This document shows, piece by piece, positions 1 through 7,569 of a stretch of DNA of 64,000 nucleotides; position 1 is the stretch's first letter, and the number at the start of each line of letters is the position of its first letter. The notes below the pieces were generated by a model. That model did not search any database. It saw only the letters and a program-made list of their open reading frames with translations, and was not told the origin of the DNA. The DNA is taken from positions 64,001 through 128,000 of the IMG/VR virus record IMGVR_UViG_3300006737_000017; one strand, written 5' to 3'. This DNA is from a virus. The translations under genes were made by a program, and so were the position numbers.

Positions 1-2
1 CG

Positions 3-203
3 CAAGGTTATATAATCGGTAACTCGCATACATTAGGAACATATCATAATCATTCCATACAACCAACTGCAAAGCCTATTATTAAAAGAAATGAAATACA
101 TTTTACAGCGATACACGATATACAACCTGGACAAGAAATTACATGCAATTACAATGCATACAGAATATTAAATATAACAAACTTAGAGAAACCAACATGG
201 TAA
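3..203 (+). CDS. SET-domain protein, C-terminal part (5' truncated by window edge)
   Basis: Not in the ORF track. Frame 3 reads QGYIIGNSHTLGTYHNHSIQPTAKPIIKRNEIHFTAIHDIQPGQEITCNYNAYRILNITNLEKPTW*, containing the SET motifs NHSxxP and IxxGxEITxxY. Confidence 0.8.
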   Translation, partial: QGYIIGNSHTLGTYHNHSIQPTAKPIIKRNEIHFTAIHDIQPGQEITCNYNAYRILNITNLEKPTW

Positions 204-391
204 ACTGGAAATCAACAGACAATACATACACGTCTATAAAGAAACAAAACACTATACACAAAGCTAGAATGGCAAATGAATTACGTGCTAATGGCATATC
301 CGTATCAGGTATTGCCACAATGCTGAATTTAAGCAAATCACGTATCTATGAGTATCTACGCAAGGACTTTATCGCACCGAATAACGGGTAA
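197..391 (+). CDS. small helix-turn-helix DNA-binding protein
   Basis: ELRANGISVSGIATMLNLSKSRIYEYL fits an HTH pattern. ATG at 197 overlaps the SET gene end and is preferred to the 143 start. Confidence 0.65.
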   Translation: MVNWKSTDNTYTSIKKQNTIHKARMANELRANGISVSGIATMLNLSKSRIYEYLRKDFIAPNNG

Positions 392-621
392 TTAGTAATA
401 CACACAGGCTGCATGAATACATCCACACTATATAACAGTATACCTATATATGAATATTCAAATAGCTAAAATAATTTGCTAAATAATAAAATAATGCTGG
501 CCCGTGTGTCCCGAGGATGTACTTTTTTTGCCGGCTAATGAACTTTTACACTGGGCCCTTAGGTACGTCTCACCTACCCTATTACTGCAATAGCACAGGC
601 TTAAACGGGCTTAAAACCGCA

Positions 622-655
622 TGACAAATTGTCTCTTTATTTTGCCAAATTGTCA
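622..655. promoter_or_regulatory. pair of palindromic operator-like sites (TGACAAATTGTC, TGCCAAATTGTCA)
   Basis: GACAA-A-TTGTC dyad at 623-633 and a variant at 643-655, immediately upstream of the promoter motif at 665. The same dyad recurs at 3318 and 3361. Confidence 0.5.
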
Positions 656-664
656 CCTAAAAAA

Positions 665-694
665 TTTGGATATGTCAATTTTTTTTCTTATATT
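665..694 (+). promoter_or_regulatory. early-type promoter motif TTTGGATAWGTC-N11-TTATATT, copy 1
   Basis: One of nine intergenic copies with identical 11-nt spacing; resembles the Bacteroidota -33 TTTG / -7 TAnnTTTG promoter. Confidence 0.75.
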
Positions 695-723
695 TATATA
701 TAACAAATTCAAACTCAAGATCT

Positions 724-900
724 ATGAACAATCTTAAATTTTATCTCGGTGCTATTGTCTCTTATTACCTAGCTTATATAACAGGTACAGGAGAGATACT
801 TAACTATGTTCCCTTTGCTGATCCATTAAATGAAATGGCTTTCTTTGTACTTATGATTACAACAGGCTCAGGATTCTTAATGTGCACTAGAAAATGTTAA
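724..900 (+). CDS. small membrane protein (58 aa)
   Basis: Below the ORF-track cutoff. MNNLKFYLGAIVSYYLAYITG...MAFFVLMITTGSGFLMCTRKC* has two hydrophobic segments and follows a promoter motif. Confidence 0.6.
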   Translation: MNNLKFYLGAIVSYYLAYITGTGEILNYVPFADPLNEMAFFVLMITTGSGFLMCTRKC

Positions 901-939
901 TAACTTTACTGATATTGTTAATAACTAACCGCTAAATAA

Positions 940-969
940 TTTGGATAAGTCGCAAAAATGTCTTATATT
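940..969 (+). promoter_or_regulatory. early-type promoter motif, copy 2
   Basis: TTTGGATAAGTC-GCAAAAATGTC-TTATATT upstream of the AAA+ gene. Confidence 0.75.
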
Positions 970-1000
970 TATATATAATTAATAACTAACACTACACTAC

Positions 1001-2197
1001 ATGAAGTACATTCTAAAAATTTCAACTGTTACTAAAACAGAAATCAAACTGGAATCAGGTAAAAATACCTTTACATTACCTGCTAGTCCAGAAGCTTTGA
1101 AAAAAGCTAAAGCTGCTATGAGGAAAGGAACCAACATTGCTCTTACTATAGATGGTGAGATGCTAAGCTTTGGTACCTCATCTGCTAAGACTAACGTTAC
1201 TAATGTTCCATCAGGACTAGAGAAATATTGGGACCAATACACTCCTCCTGTTAACAAGGAACATGCAGAGATGATGTCATTCATACACAATGACTCTGTT
1301 AAACTAAGACCTGAAATGCTAATGCTACCAGATCTACAATGGAAGTATCTCGTACGTTCTGTTATTAGAGGTAAAAACATTATGATGACCGGACCAGCTG
1401 GTTCAGGTAAAACAATGGCTGCTAAGGCTGTCGCTAATGCACTAGATAGACCAGAGTTCTATTTCAATCTAGGAGCTACTCAAGATCCAAGATCTACATT
1501 AGTTGGTAATACTCACTTCTCTAAAGATTCAGGGACTTTCTTCTCAGAGAGCTCTTTCGTTAAAGCAATCCAAACAGAGGATTCAATCATTCTATTAGAC
1601 GAACTATCAAGAGCTCACCCTGAAGCTTGGAATATCCTAATGACAGTATTAGACCCAGGTCAAAGATACTTAAGACTGGATGAAGCAGATAACTCACCAA
1701 CCATAAAGGTTGCCAAGGGAGTTACATTTATAGCTACTGCTAATATAGGTAATGAATATACATCTACAAGAGTAATGGACAGAGCATTACTAGATAGATT
1801 CACTATTATTGAAATGGGACTTCTCTCACAAGAAAAAGAGGAAGCATTACTTTGTATGCTATACCCAGAAGCAGATGTTACACTAATGAAAAATATTTCA
1901 GCAATAGTTTCTGCTACCAGAGATGAAATGAAAACAGAAGTACCAAGGATTTCAACATCAGTCTCTACAAGAACCTCAATAGAGTTCGCCTCTCTTGCTC
2001 ACGATGGCTTTTCACTCGAAGAAGCTGCTGAGGTTACAGTATATCCCTTATACGATGAAGCTGGAGGCTTAGATTCTGAAAGAACGTTTATAAAACAGCT
2101 AGTTCAGAAGTTTATACCAGCTAACACTGATGAAAACCTATTTAACACTGAAAAAGACGAATTATTCACTGAAGAAGATGTTAACAGTGCTTCATAA
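1001..2197 (+). CDS. MoxR/CbbQ/NorQ-type AAA+ ATPase
   Basis: Walker A GPAGSGKT, Walker B ILLDELSR, sensor FIATAN, arginine finger ALLDRF. Confidence 0.85.
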   Translation: MKYILKISTVTKTEIKLESGKNTFTLPASPEALKKAKAAMRKGTNIALTIDGEMLSFGTSSAKTNVTNVPSGLEKYWDQYTPPVNKEHAEMMSFIHNDSVKLRPEMLMLPDLQWKYLVRSVIRGKNIMMTGPAGSGKTMAAKAVANALDRPEFYFNLGATQDPRSTLVGNTHFSKDSGTFFSESSFVKAIQTEDSIILLDELSRAHPEAWNILMTVLDPGQRYLRLDEADNSPTIKVAKGVTFIATANIGNEYTSTRVMDRALLDRFTIIEMGLLSQEKEEALLCMLYPEADVTLMKNISAIVSATRDEMKTEVPRISTSVSTRTSIEFASLAHDGFSLEEAAEVTVYPLYDEAGGLDSERTFIKQLVQKFIPANTDENLFNTEKDELFTEEDVNSAS

Positions 2198-2224
2198 CAA
2201 CAAAATCATGTAGTGGTGATTAAG

Positions 2225-2281
2225 GTCCAAACTCGCTTAAAAATGCCCACCAATAGTTTATTGTAAGCAGCGAGTTTGGAC
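2225..2281. repeat. 13-bp perfect inverted repeat (stem-loop)
   Basis: GTCCAAACTCGCT (2225-2237) is the exact reverse complement of AGCGAGTTTGGAC (2269-2281). Confidence 0.7.
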
Positions 2282-2392
2282 TCCTTAGGGAGGGGGGTTA
2301 GGCCGTTTATATGCCGAGCTCAATTTTTTTACCCGGGGTTTTTCTTTTACCCTACTATAAATTAAATTTAATTAAATAATATACTAAATACT

Positions 2393-2653
2393 ATGCACAT
2401 GCTAAATACTAAATTACACGAGAAAAGAACCTACAGAATAGAAGGAATATTTTGGGTTCCATCTTACAAAGACTTTGATTACGACGACTTTCAAGTGCAA
2501 GCTTACAACAAGCGTCAAGCAAAGCAAAAAGCTATGGCACATCCAATGTGGAACCTAGCTAAAAAGCCTCCTGCGATTAGCAGGGTCTATGACGAACACA
2601 GTATACTAGAAAGCATGGTAGATGATTATTGCAATTCAGATATAAACAGATAA
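2393..2653 (+). CDS. hypothetical protein
   Basis: 86-aa ORF in a co-oriented early cluster. Confidence 0.6.
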   Translation: MHMLNTKLHEKRTYRIEGIFWVPSYKDFDYDDFQVQAYNKRQAKQKAMAHPMWNLAKKPPAISRVYDEHSILESMVDDYCNSDINR

Positions 2654-2663
2654 TAAAATTAAT

Positions 2664-2927
2664 ATGAAAAAAACACAAGCAGAAATCCTATTAGGTAAAT
2701 TTAAGAAATTAGTAACAGCCTTAAAAACGCAGGAAGAACCTAACCCTCAATGGTTAAACAATGTAATTGCTGTACTAGAAAGGCATAGTTTATTAGATAC
2801 TATGACACAAATATGTGATGCATGGCATTCAGAGTTTGATTCAGCCTCACACGGTAATTTAGGTGATCAAATGATTAAAGCTAATGATCTATGGAAAACT
2901 GCTAAGGTACACCCTATGTTTATCTAA
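2664..2927 (+). CDS. hypothetical protein
   Basis: 87-aa ORF with tight gene packing. Confidence 0.6.
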   Translation: MKKTQAEILLGKFKKLVTALKTQEEPNPQWLNNVIAVLERHSLLDTMTQICDAWHSEFDSASHGNLGDQMIKANDLWKTAKVHPMFI

Positions 2928-3127
2928 TGATGCATTACAAGGTTATTGCTATACACGACAAGCTATACAAGGTAAAGAGAATATTGCCTGAAACTAGAAT
3001 AAAGATGATTGATGGTTGGGCCGATGTTCTGCGAACCCTTTACAAGGCTGATATTATATTTAAGCGAGATGGCCAGCTTTACATTTGCGAAAGTATTGAT
3101 GACATAGACCATGACCCTATACCTTAA
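2927..3127 (+). CDS. hypothetical protein
   Basis: 66-aa ORF coupled to the upstream gene by a TAATG overlap. Confidence 0.6.
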   Translation: MMHYKVIAIHDKLYKVKRILPETRIKMIDGWADVLRTLYKADIIFKRDGQLYICESIDDIDHDPIP

Positions 3128-3166
3128 CCGCGTACCAAGTTTTATAATAATGCGCGGGGGTTTTTT
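3128..3166 (+). terminator. possible intrinsic terminator
   Basis: CCGCGTA/TGCGCGG stem (one G.U pair, long loop) followed by GGG and T6. Confidence 0.4.
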
Positions 3167-3234
3167 GATATACATTTAACACAAGATTAATATTAAGATA
3201 ACATACCGATATGAAAGATAATATATTTATTAAT

Positions 3235-3315
3235 ATGAAACAAGAACCAATAGACGTTACACCTGTTCTATACATAGCTATTATGGCTATTGTATTTGCA
3301 TTAGGTATTTTATAG
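3235..3315 (+). CDS. 26-aa single-pass membrane peptide
   Basis: MKQEPIDVTPVLYIAIMAIVFALGIL*, preceded by TATATTTATT at 3222. Confidence 0.45.
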   Translation: MKQEPIDVTPVLYIAIMAIVFALGIL

Positions 3316-3317
3316 TA

Positions 3318-3372
3318 GACAAATTGTCATATGCAATTGTTAATAACTTTTGCAAAAGTGGACAAATTGTCA
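3318..3372. promoter_or_regulatory. two GACAAATTGTCA dyads flanking a TGTTAATAAC box
   Basis: Dyads at 3318-3329 and 3361-3372, box at 3338-3347, just upstream of promoter copy 3. Confidence 0.5.
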
Positions 3373-3381
3373 CCTGTTTTA

Positions 3382-3411
3382 TTTGGATAAGTCGTATTTT
3401 TTGATTATATT
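3382..3411 (+). promoter_or_regulatory. early-type promoter motif, copy 3
   Basis: TTTGGATAAGTC-N11-TTATATT. Confidence 0.75.
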
Positions 3412-3455
3412 TATATATAAATAATTAACTAATCAAAACTTAAAAACTACTACGT

Positions 3456-3803
3456 ATGACTTATTTACAAAATTTACCTACTCTTACTGTTAAAGATCAA
3501 GCTTCTAAAATTACAGAATTAATTATTGAATTCATGGAATCAAATGGTTGGACTGAAATCGACGATGAAGGTAGAGGTCTTTTATTCGAAAGTGAAAAAG
3601 TTGGTTCAGAAGCTGAGGAGGAAGGACTCTTAGCTAATGATCAATATATTCAATTCTACAAAGGTTACTTCGGAGCTAACTCTGATCCTTCTGTTTTAGG
3701 TACTTGGATGTCAGACTCAGATGCTCACATCGATGCTATAGAAATGGAAGCACAAGCAGATGCTTATCTTACTCAAATTAAAAATTCAATCTTAAATAAA
3801 TAA
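3456..3803 (+). CDS. acidic hypothetical protein
   Basis: 115 aa; D/E outnumber K/R roughly 3:1 by eye; first gene after the promoter. Confidence 0.7.
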   Translation: MTYLQNLPTLTVKDQASKITELIIEFMESNGWTEIDDEGRGLLFESEKVGSEAEEEGLLANDQYIQFYKGYFGANSDPSVLGTWMSDSDAHIDAIEMEAQADAYLTQIKNSILNK

Positions 3804-3806
3804 AAT

Positions 3807-4217
3807 ATGATATTCGAAATTAAAGACGATTTAATCTATTCCAATGAACTCGATGGTTGGGTATTCATTGAAGACTATCTACTAATGATAGTAAATGATG
3901 CTGCTGAAACAATGAAGTCTTCAGCTACATTAAAATTTGTTTCCGCTTCTGATTCAGAAGGTAATCGTTGGAAATATCCTACAATCAAAACTAGTAATGA
4001 AGGTAAAGCTGAAGATGTTTGTCAATCTCTTATTGACCAAGGCATTCCAGCTCAGGTTGATCTTTACGAAGACGACGATGGTTACCCAGGGCAATTAAGA
4101 CAGATCTGGTCTGTTACCATTCCTGATATGGTTTTCACAGATATCGATTTACCTCATCACATTGATGACACAGTTTACAAATGGGATTCTCAGACAATGT
4201 CCTATGTTACCTGTTAA
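3807..4217 (+). CDS. acidic hypothetical protein
   Basis: 136 aa, strongly Asp/Glu-rich. Confidence 0.7.
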   Translation: MIFEIKDDLIYSNELDGWVFIEDYLLMIVNDAAETMKSSATLKFVSASDSEGNRWKYPTIKTSNEGKAEDVCQSLIDQGIPAQVDLYEDDDGYPGQLRQIWSVTIPDMVFTDIDLPHHIDDTVYKWDSQTMSYVTC

Positions 4218-4246
4218 TAACTTATTAATAAGTTTCTCTCTTTTTA

Positions 4247-4276
4247 TTTGGATATGTCAAATAAATTTCTTATATT
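4247..4276 (+). promoter_or_regulatory. early-type promoter motif, copy 4
   Basis: TTTGGATATGTC-N11-TTATATT. Confidence 0.75.
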
Positions 4277-4301
4277 TAACTATAATTAAAAAATCACTAC
4301 T

Positions 4302-4526
4302 ATGGCACAATGCTTAAAATGTTTAGGACCAGTACCCCAGGGTCGATTAGACTTGGGTTACAAGGTTTGCATCAATTGCTCTACTACACAATCATACAGT
4401 TGTATTGCAATCACCAATCACAAGACTGGTAATAATATACAAATAGTTGACCAAGAAACGGCAGCTGCTTTTCGTAAAGCAACTCAACGTAAAGGTTACG
4501 GAATTATGGCTGGCTTAAAAGGATAA
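4302..4526 (+). CDS. C4 zinc-finger protein, TraR/DksA-like
   Basis: CLKC-x6-RL-x6-CINC resembles the TraR/DksA zinc finger (CxxC...RL...CxxC). Confidence 0.55.
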   Translation: MAQCLKCLGPVPQGRLDLGYKVCINCSTTQSYSCIAITNHKTGNNIQIVDQETAAAFRKATQRKGYGIMAGLKG

Positions 4527-4527
4527 T

Positions 4528-4635
4528 ATGAAAGGTTGCTTAACTATATTACTATTCGGTTTACTTATTGGTACTGGCCAATGGCTTTTGTTTCTTATAT
4601 GCCTTTGGTTGTACTCAATTTGCGATTGTGATTAA
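4528..4635 (+). CDS. 35-aa hydrophobic peptide
   Basis: MKGCLTILLFGLLIGTGQWLLFLICLWLYSICDCD* fills the gap between the zinc-finger gene and the tRNA. Confidence 0.5.
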   Translation: MKGCLTILLFGLLIGTGQWLLFLICLWLYSICDCD

Positions 4636-4638
4636 TCT

Positions 4639-4712
4639 GGACCAGTAGCTCAGCTGGATAGAGCATTAGCCTTCTAAGCTAACGGTCGAAGGTTCGAATC
4701 CTTCCTGGTTCA
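4639..4712 (+). tRNA. trnR: tRNA-Arg (anticodon TCT)
   Basis: Cloverleaf: GGACCAG/CTGGTTC acceptor stem, GCTC/GAGC D-arm, TTAGC-CTTCTAA-GCTAA anticodon arm, GAAGG-TTCGAAT-CCTTC T-arm. CCA is not encoded. Confidence 0.95.
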
Positions 4713-4738
4713 CTAACAATAAAATTAAAATTACTACT

Positions 4739-6049
4739 ATGAATAAATTTAATGAAGACGGTAAAATGATTTACCACCACCCATGGAGGTTTCTCCAACA
4801 CTTTGTAGAAGATATGAAAGGTACAACTTCTACGTTAAAGAAAAAAGAAATAATCGAAAGGTACTCTGAAAATGAGTTTGTACTTAAATGTCTTAGATAT
4901 ACCCTCGACCCTTTCAAGATGTATTATGTTACTAGTAAAAATTGCAAGAAGCTTTCTAGTTACAAATCGCACGATGGCTATGAAGATGTATTTCAAATGC
5001 TTGATGATTTAGATAATAGAGTTATAACTGGTCACGAAGCAATATCTCAAGTAAATGGTTTCTGCGAAGGAACAGAAGACTTTGTTAAAGAATTAGTTTA
5101 TTCTATCATAGACAAGAATCTTCAAATCAGAGCTAATGCTAAATTGATAAACAAAGTAATTCCCGGATTGATTCCTACATTCGAGTTAGCTCTTGCTAAT
5201 TCCTATGATCCTAAACATGTAAACTTAGAAGAAGATACTTGGTTAACCTCTAGAAAATTAGATGGTGTTAGATGTATTGCTATCTGCGATTCTAATGGCG
5301 AAGTTAAATTACACTCTAGGGCCGGTAAGGAATTTGACACTTTAGCTAAAGTTAAAAGAGATTTGAAATTTGCAATGAGACCTAATACTGTATGGGACGG
5401 TGAGATTTGTATTTTAGATAAAGATGGTAACGAATCCTTCCAAGGTATTATGAAAGAGATACGTAGAAAAGATCACACAATACCCAATCCAACGTTCTTA
5501 GTTTTCGATTACTTAACTCTTAACGAATTTAATACCGGGACAAGCACTAGAACGTTATCAGAAAGAAATGATGTAGTTTTAGATATGGATCACGTACATT
5601 CTTTACAAATGGAAAAAGTTACTAGTATCGAACAGATTCAATCGCTAGCTGATGAAGCTGACGCTTTAGGTCACGAAGGTATTATGATTCGTAAAGATTG
5701 CGAATACAAAGGTAAGCGTTCTAATGATATTCTTAAAGTAAAGAAAATGCACGATGAAGAATACGAGATAGTCGGTTATGATTTTGCTGAACACAGAGTT
5801 ATCGATAATGGTAAAGAAGTAAAAGAAAGAATGCTATCTCAAATATACATTGAGCACAAAGGAAACAGAGTTGGAGTTGGATCTGGCTTCTCTAAAGAAC
5901 AAAGAAGATACTATACTAAAAACTTCGATGAGCTTACAGGAAAGACTGCTACTATACAGTACTTTGAAGAAACCTTAAACGAGGATGGACTATACTCTTT
6001 AAGATTCCCAGTTGTAAAGCACATATACAACAACGGTAGAAATTGTTAA
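4739..6049 (+). CDS. lig: ATP-dependent DNA ligase
   Basis: Motif I KLDGVR, plus WDGEI, VFDYL, EGIMIR, LKVKK, VGSGFS and SLRFP. Confidence 0.95.
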   Translation: MNKFNEDGKMIYHHPWRFLQHFVEDMKGTTSTLKKKEIIERYSENEFVLKCLRYTLDPFKMYYVTSKNCKKLSSYKSHDGYEDVFQMLDDLDNRVITGHEAISQVNGFCEGTEDFVKELVYSIIDKNLQIRANAKLINKVIPGLIPTFELALANSYDPKHVNLEEDTWLTSRKLDGVRCIAICDSNGEVKLHSRAGKEFDTLAKVKRDLKFAMRPNTVWDGEICILDKDGNESFQGIMKEIRRKDHTIPNPTFLVFDYLTLNEFNTGTSTRTLSERNDVVLDMDHVHSLQMEKVTSIEQIQSLADEADALGHEGIMIRKDCEYKGKRSNDILKVKKMHDEEYEIVGYDFAEHRVIDNGKEVKERMLSQIYIEHKGNRVGVGSGFSKEQRRYYTKNFDELTGKTATIQYFEETLNEDGLYSLRFPVVKHIYNNGRNC

Positions 6050-6077
6050 TAACTTTTTCAAAATAGTTCCCAAAAAA

Positions 6078-6107
6078 TTTCGATAAGTCGATTTTTTTGA
6101 TTATATT
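6078..6107 (+). promoter_or_regulatory. early-type promoter motif, copy 5 (variant)
   Basis: TTTCGATAAGTC-N11-TTATATT. Confidence 0.7.
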
Positions 6108-6134
6108 TATATATAAATACTTAACTAATAATAA

Positions 6135-6614
6135 ATGACAAATAAGAAAATTTTATACATTGATATGGACGGAGTCCTTTGTGACTTCGATAGCAAGGCG
6201 GCTATGACCCCTAAACATGTCAAAGACAAATATGGTGATAATCTTCACCGAGTTCCTGGGTTCTATAGAGACCTCAACCCTCTGCCAGGAGCAATTAAAG
6301 CTTACAAAGAATTATGCAAACATTACGATGTTTACATTGCTTCAACACCAAGTTGGAGTAATCCTTCATGCTGGATAGATAAGAGACTTTGGGTTCAACA
6401 ATATCTTGGACAAGATGCTTATAAGAAACTTATCCTAACAAGTAACAAGGGTTTACTTAAAGGATGTGACGATGACGGGTTTCCTTATATTCTAATCGAT
6501 GACAATGTTTGGAACGGGGTTGAAGATTTCACAGGAAATCACATACACTTCGGAACTGATGTTAATGCTATGAACTGGGACGATGTCCTTAAATTACTTT
6601 TACCAAATGTTTAG
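6135..6614 (+). CDS. 5'(3')-deoxyribonucleotidase (HAD, NT5C-like)
   Basis: HAD motif I YIDMDGVL, plus FYRDL.PLPGA, KRLWV and ILIDD. Confidence 0.9.
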   Translation: MTNKKILYIDMDGVLCDFDSKAAMTPKHVKDKYGDNLHRVPGFYRDLNPLPGAIKAYKELCKHYDVYIASTPSWSNPSCWIDKRLWVQQYLGQDAYKKLILTSNKGLLKGCDDDGFPYILIDDNVWNGVEDFTGNHIHFGTDVNAMNWDDVLKLLLPNV

Positions 6615-7122
6615 ATCCTGGACTACAGAAGAAATATTATTATTAGACCAAGCTGTTAAGAATCACTTAACTACTGAAGATATTTATGAGCTTGCTAAAT
6701 TGATTGACAGATCTTATCAAGCAACTAGAAAGAAGATTCTAGAGATTGCTAACATCATTCCATCTAGTCGATTGGTTACTGTATTAAGAAGAAATGAGCA
6801 ATTAACTTATAATGAAACCTCAGACTTTCCCAAAGATATAGACCATAGTTATATACCACCGGTTATCTTTAATGACGTTCTTAAAATGCGTAAGAAGAAG
6901 CTCAAGCCTGGTGACAAAGTATTGCTAAGAACTATAGAGCATATCAAAGGAATGACCGAGTTTGAAACAGATGGTGCATTTGATTATGCTGACAAGATTC
7001 TTACAGTTGGCTTAGTTTCTGGTAAATCTTTTTATGCTATAGAAGATGAAAAGGATTATCCAATAAGGTTCCATTTGGACTTGGTAAAAGATATTTATTA
7101 TAAATGCACAGAGACAATATAG
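6583..7122 (+). CDS. hypothetical protein (start may be 6607)
   Basis: 179-aa ORF; N-terminal WTTEEILLL...LAKLIDRS is Myb/HTH-like. Confidence 0.6.
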   Translation: MSLNYFYQMFRSWTTEEILLLDQAVKNHLTTEDIYELAKLIDRSYQATRKKILEIANIIPSSRLVTVLRRNEQLTYNETSDFPKDIDHSYIPPVIFNDVLKMRKKKLKPGDKVLLRTIEHIKGMTEFETDGAFDYADKILTVGLVSGKSFYAIEDEKDYPIRFHLDLVKDIYYKCTETI

Positions 7123-7364
7123 ACATATCACGTATGATTGAAATTTTCAATAAGATAGCACTTGATGAAGGGTTCAAAATGATTGTGAATGAAATTGATC
7201 CTTTACAGTTTTTTAGCTCAAAGGAAAAGTTTTTTAAGATGATAGATCATTTGATAGAGCATTATATAGAAACAGAAGAATATGAGAAATGCTCTATACT
7301 ACTACAAGTTAAAAAGGATCATGGCTATATAGACCCAGAGGTAGAAAAGGTTTTTTCAAAATAG
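7104..7364 (+). CDS. small protein with C-terminal UVR (UvrB/UvrC)-like motif
   Basis: LIEHYIETEEYEKCSILLQVK resembles the UVR coiled-coil motif (E.YE.AA.LRD). Confidence 0.6.
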   Translation: MHRDNIDISRMIEIFNKIALDEGFKMIVNEIDPLQFFSSKEKFFKMIDHLIEHYIETEEYEKCSILLQVKKDHGYIDPEVEKVFSK

Positions 7365-7375
7365 TTCTCTAAAAA

Positions 7376-7405
7376 TTTGGATATGTCGAAAATTTTAATT
7401 ATATT
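7376..7405 (+). promoter_or_regulatory. early-type promoter motif, copy 6
   Basis: TTTGGATATGTC-N11-TTATATT. Confidence 0.7.
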
Positions 7406-7569
7406 AGCATATAATTTATTATTTAATAATAACTCATACACTAACATAATTAAATAAAAACAATTTATTTATTATTATATAATTCAAAGAATTACACACC
7501 CACAAGGTGTATTAAAAAAGGGATAAGCCGAAACCCTAAATAGTAGGCAATATTAAATATTTTTACAAC

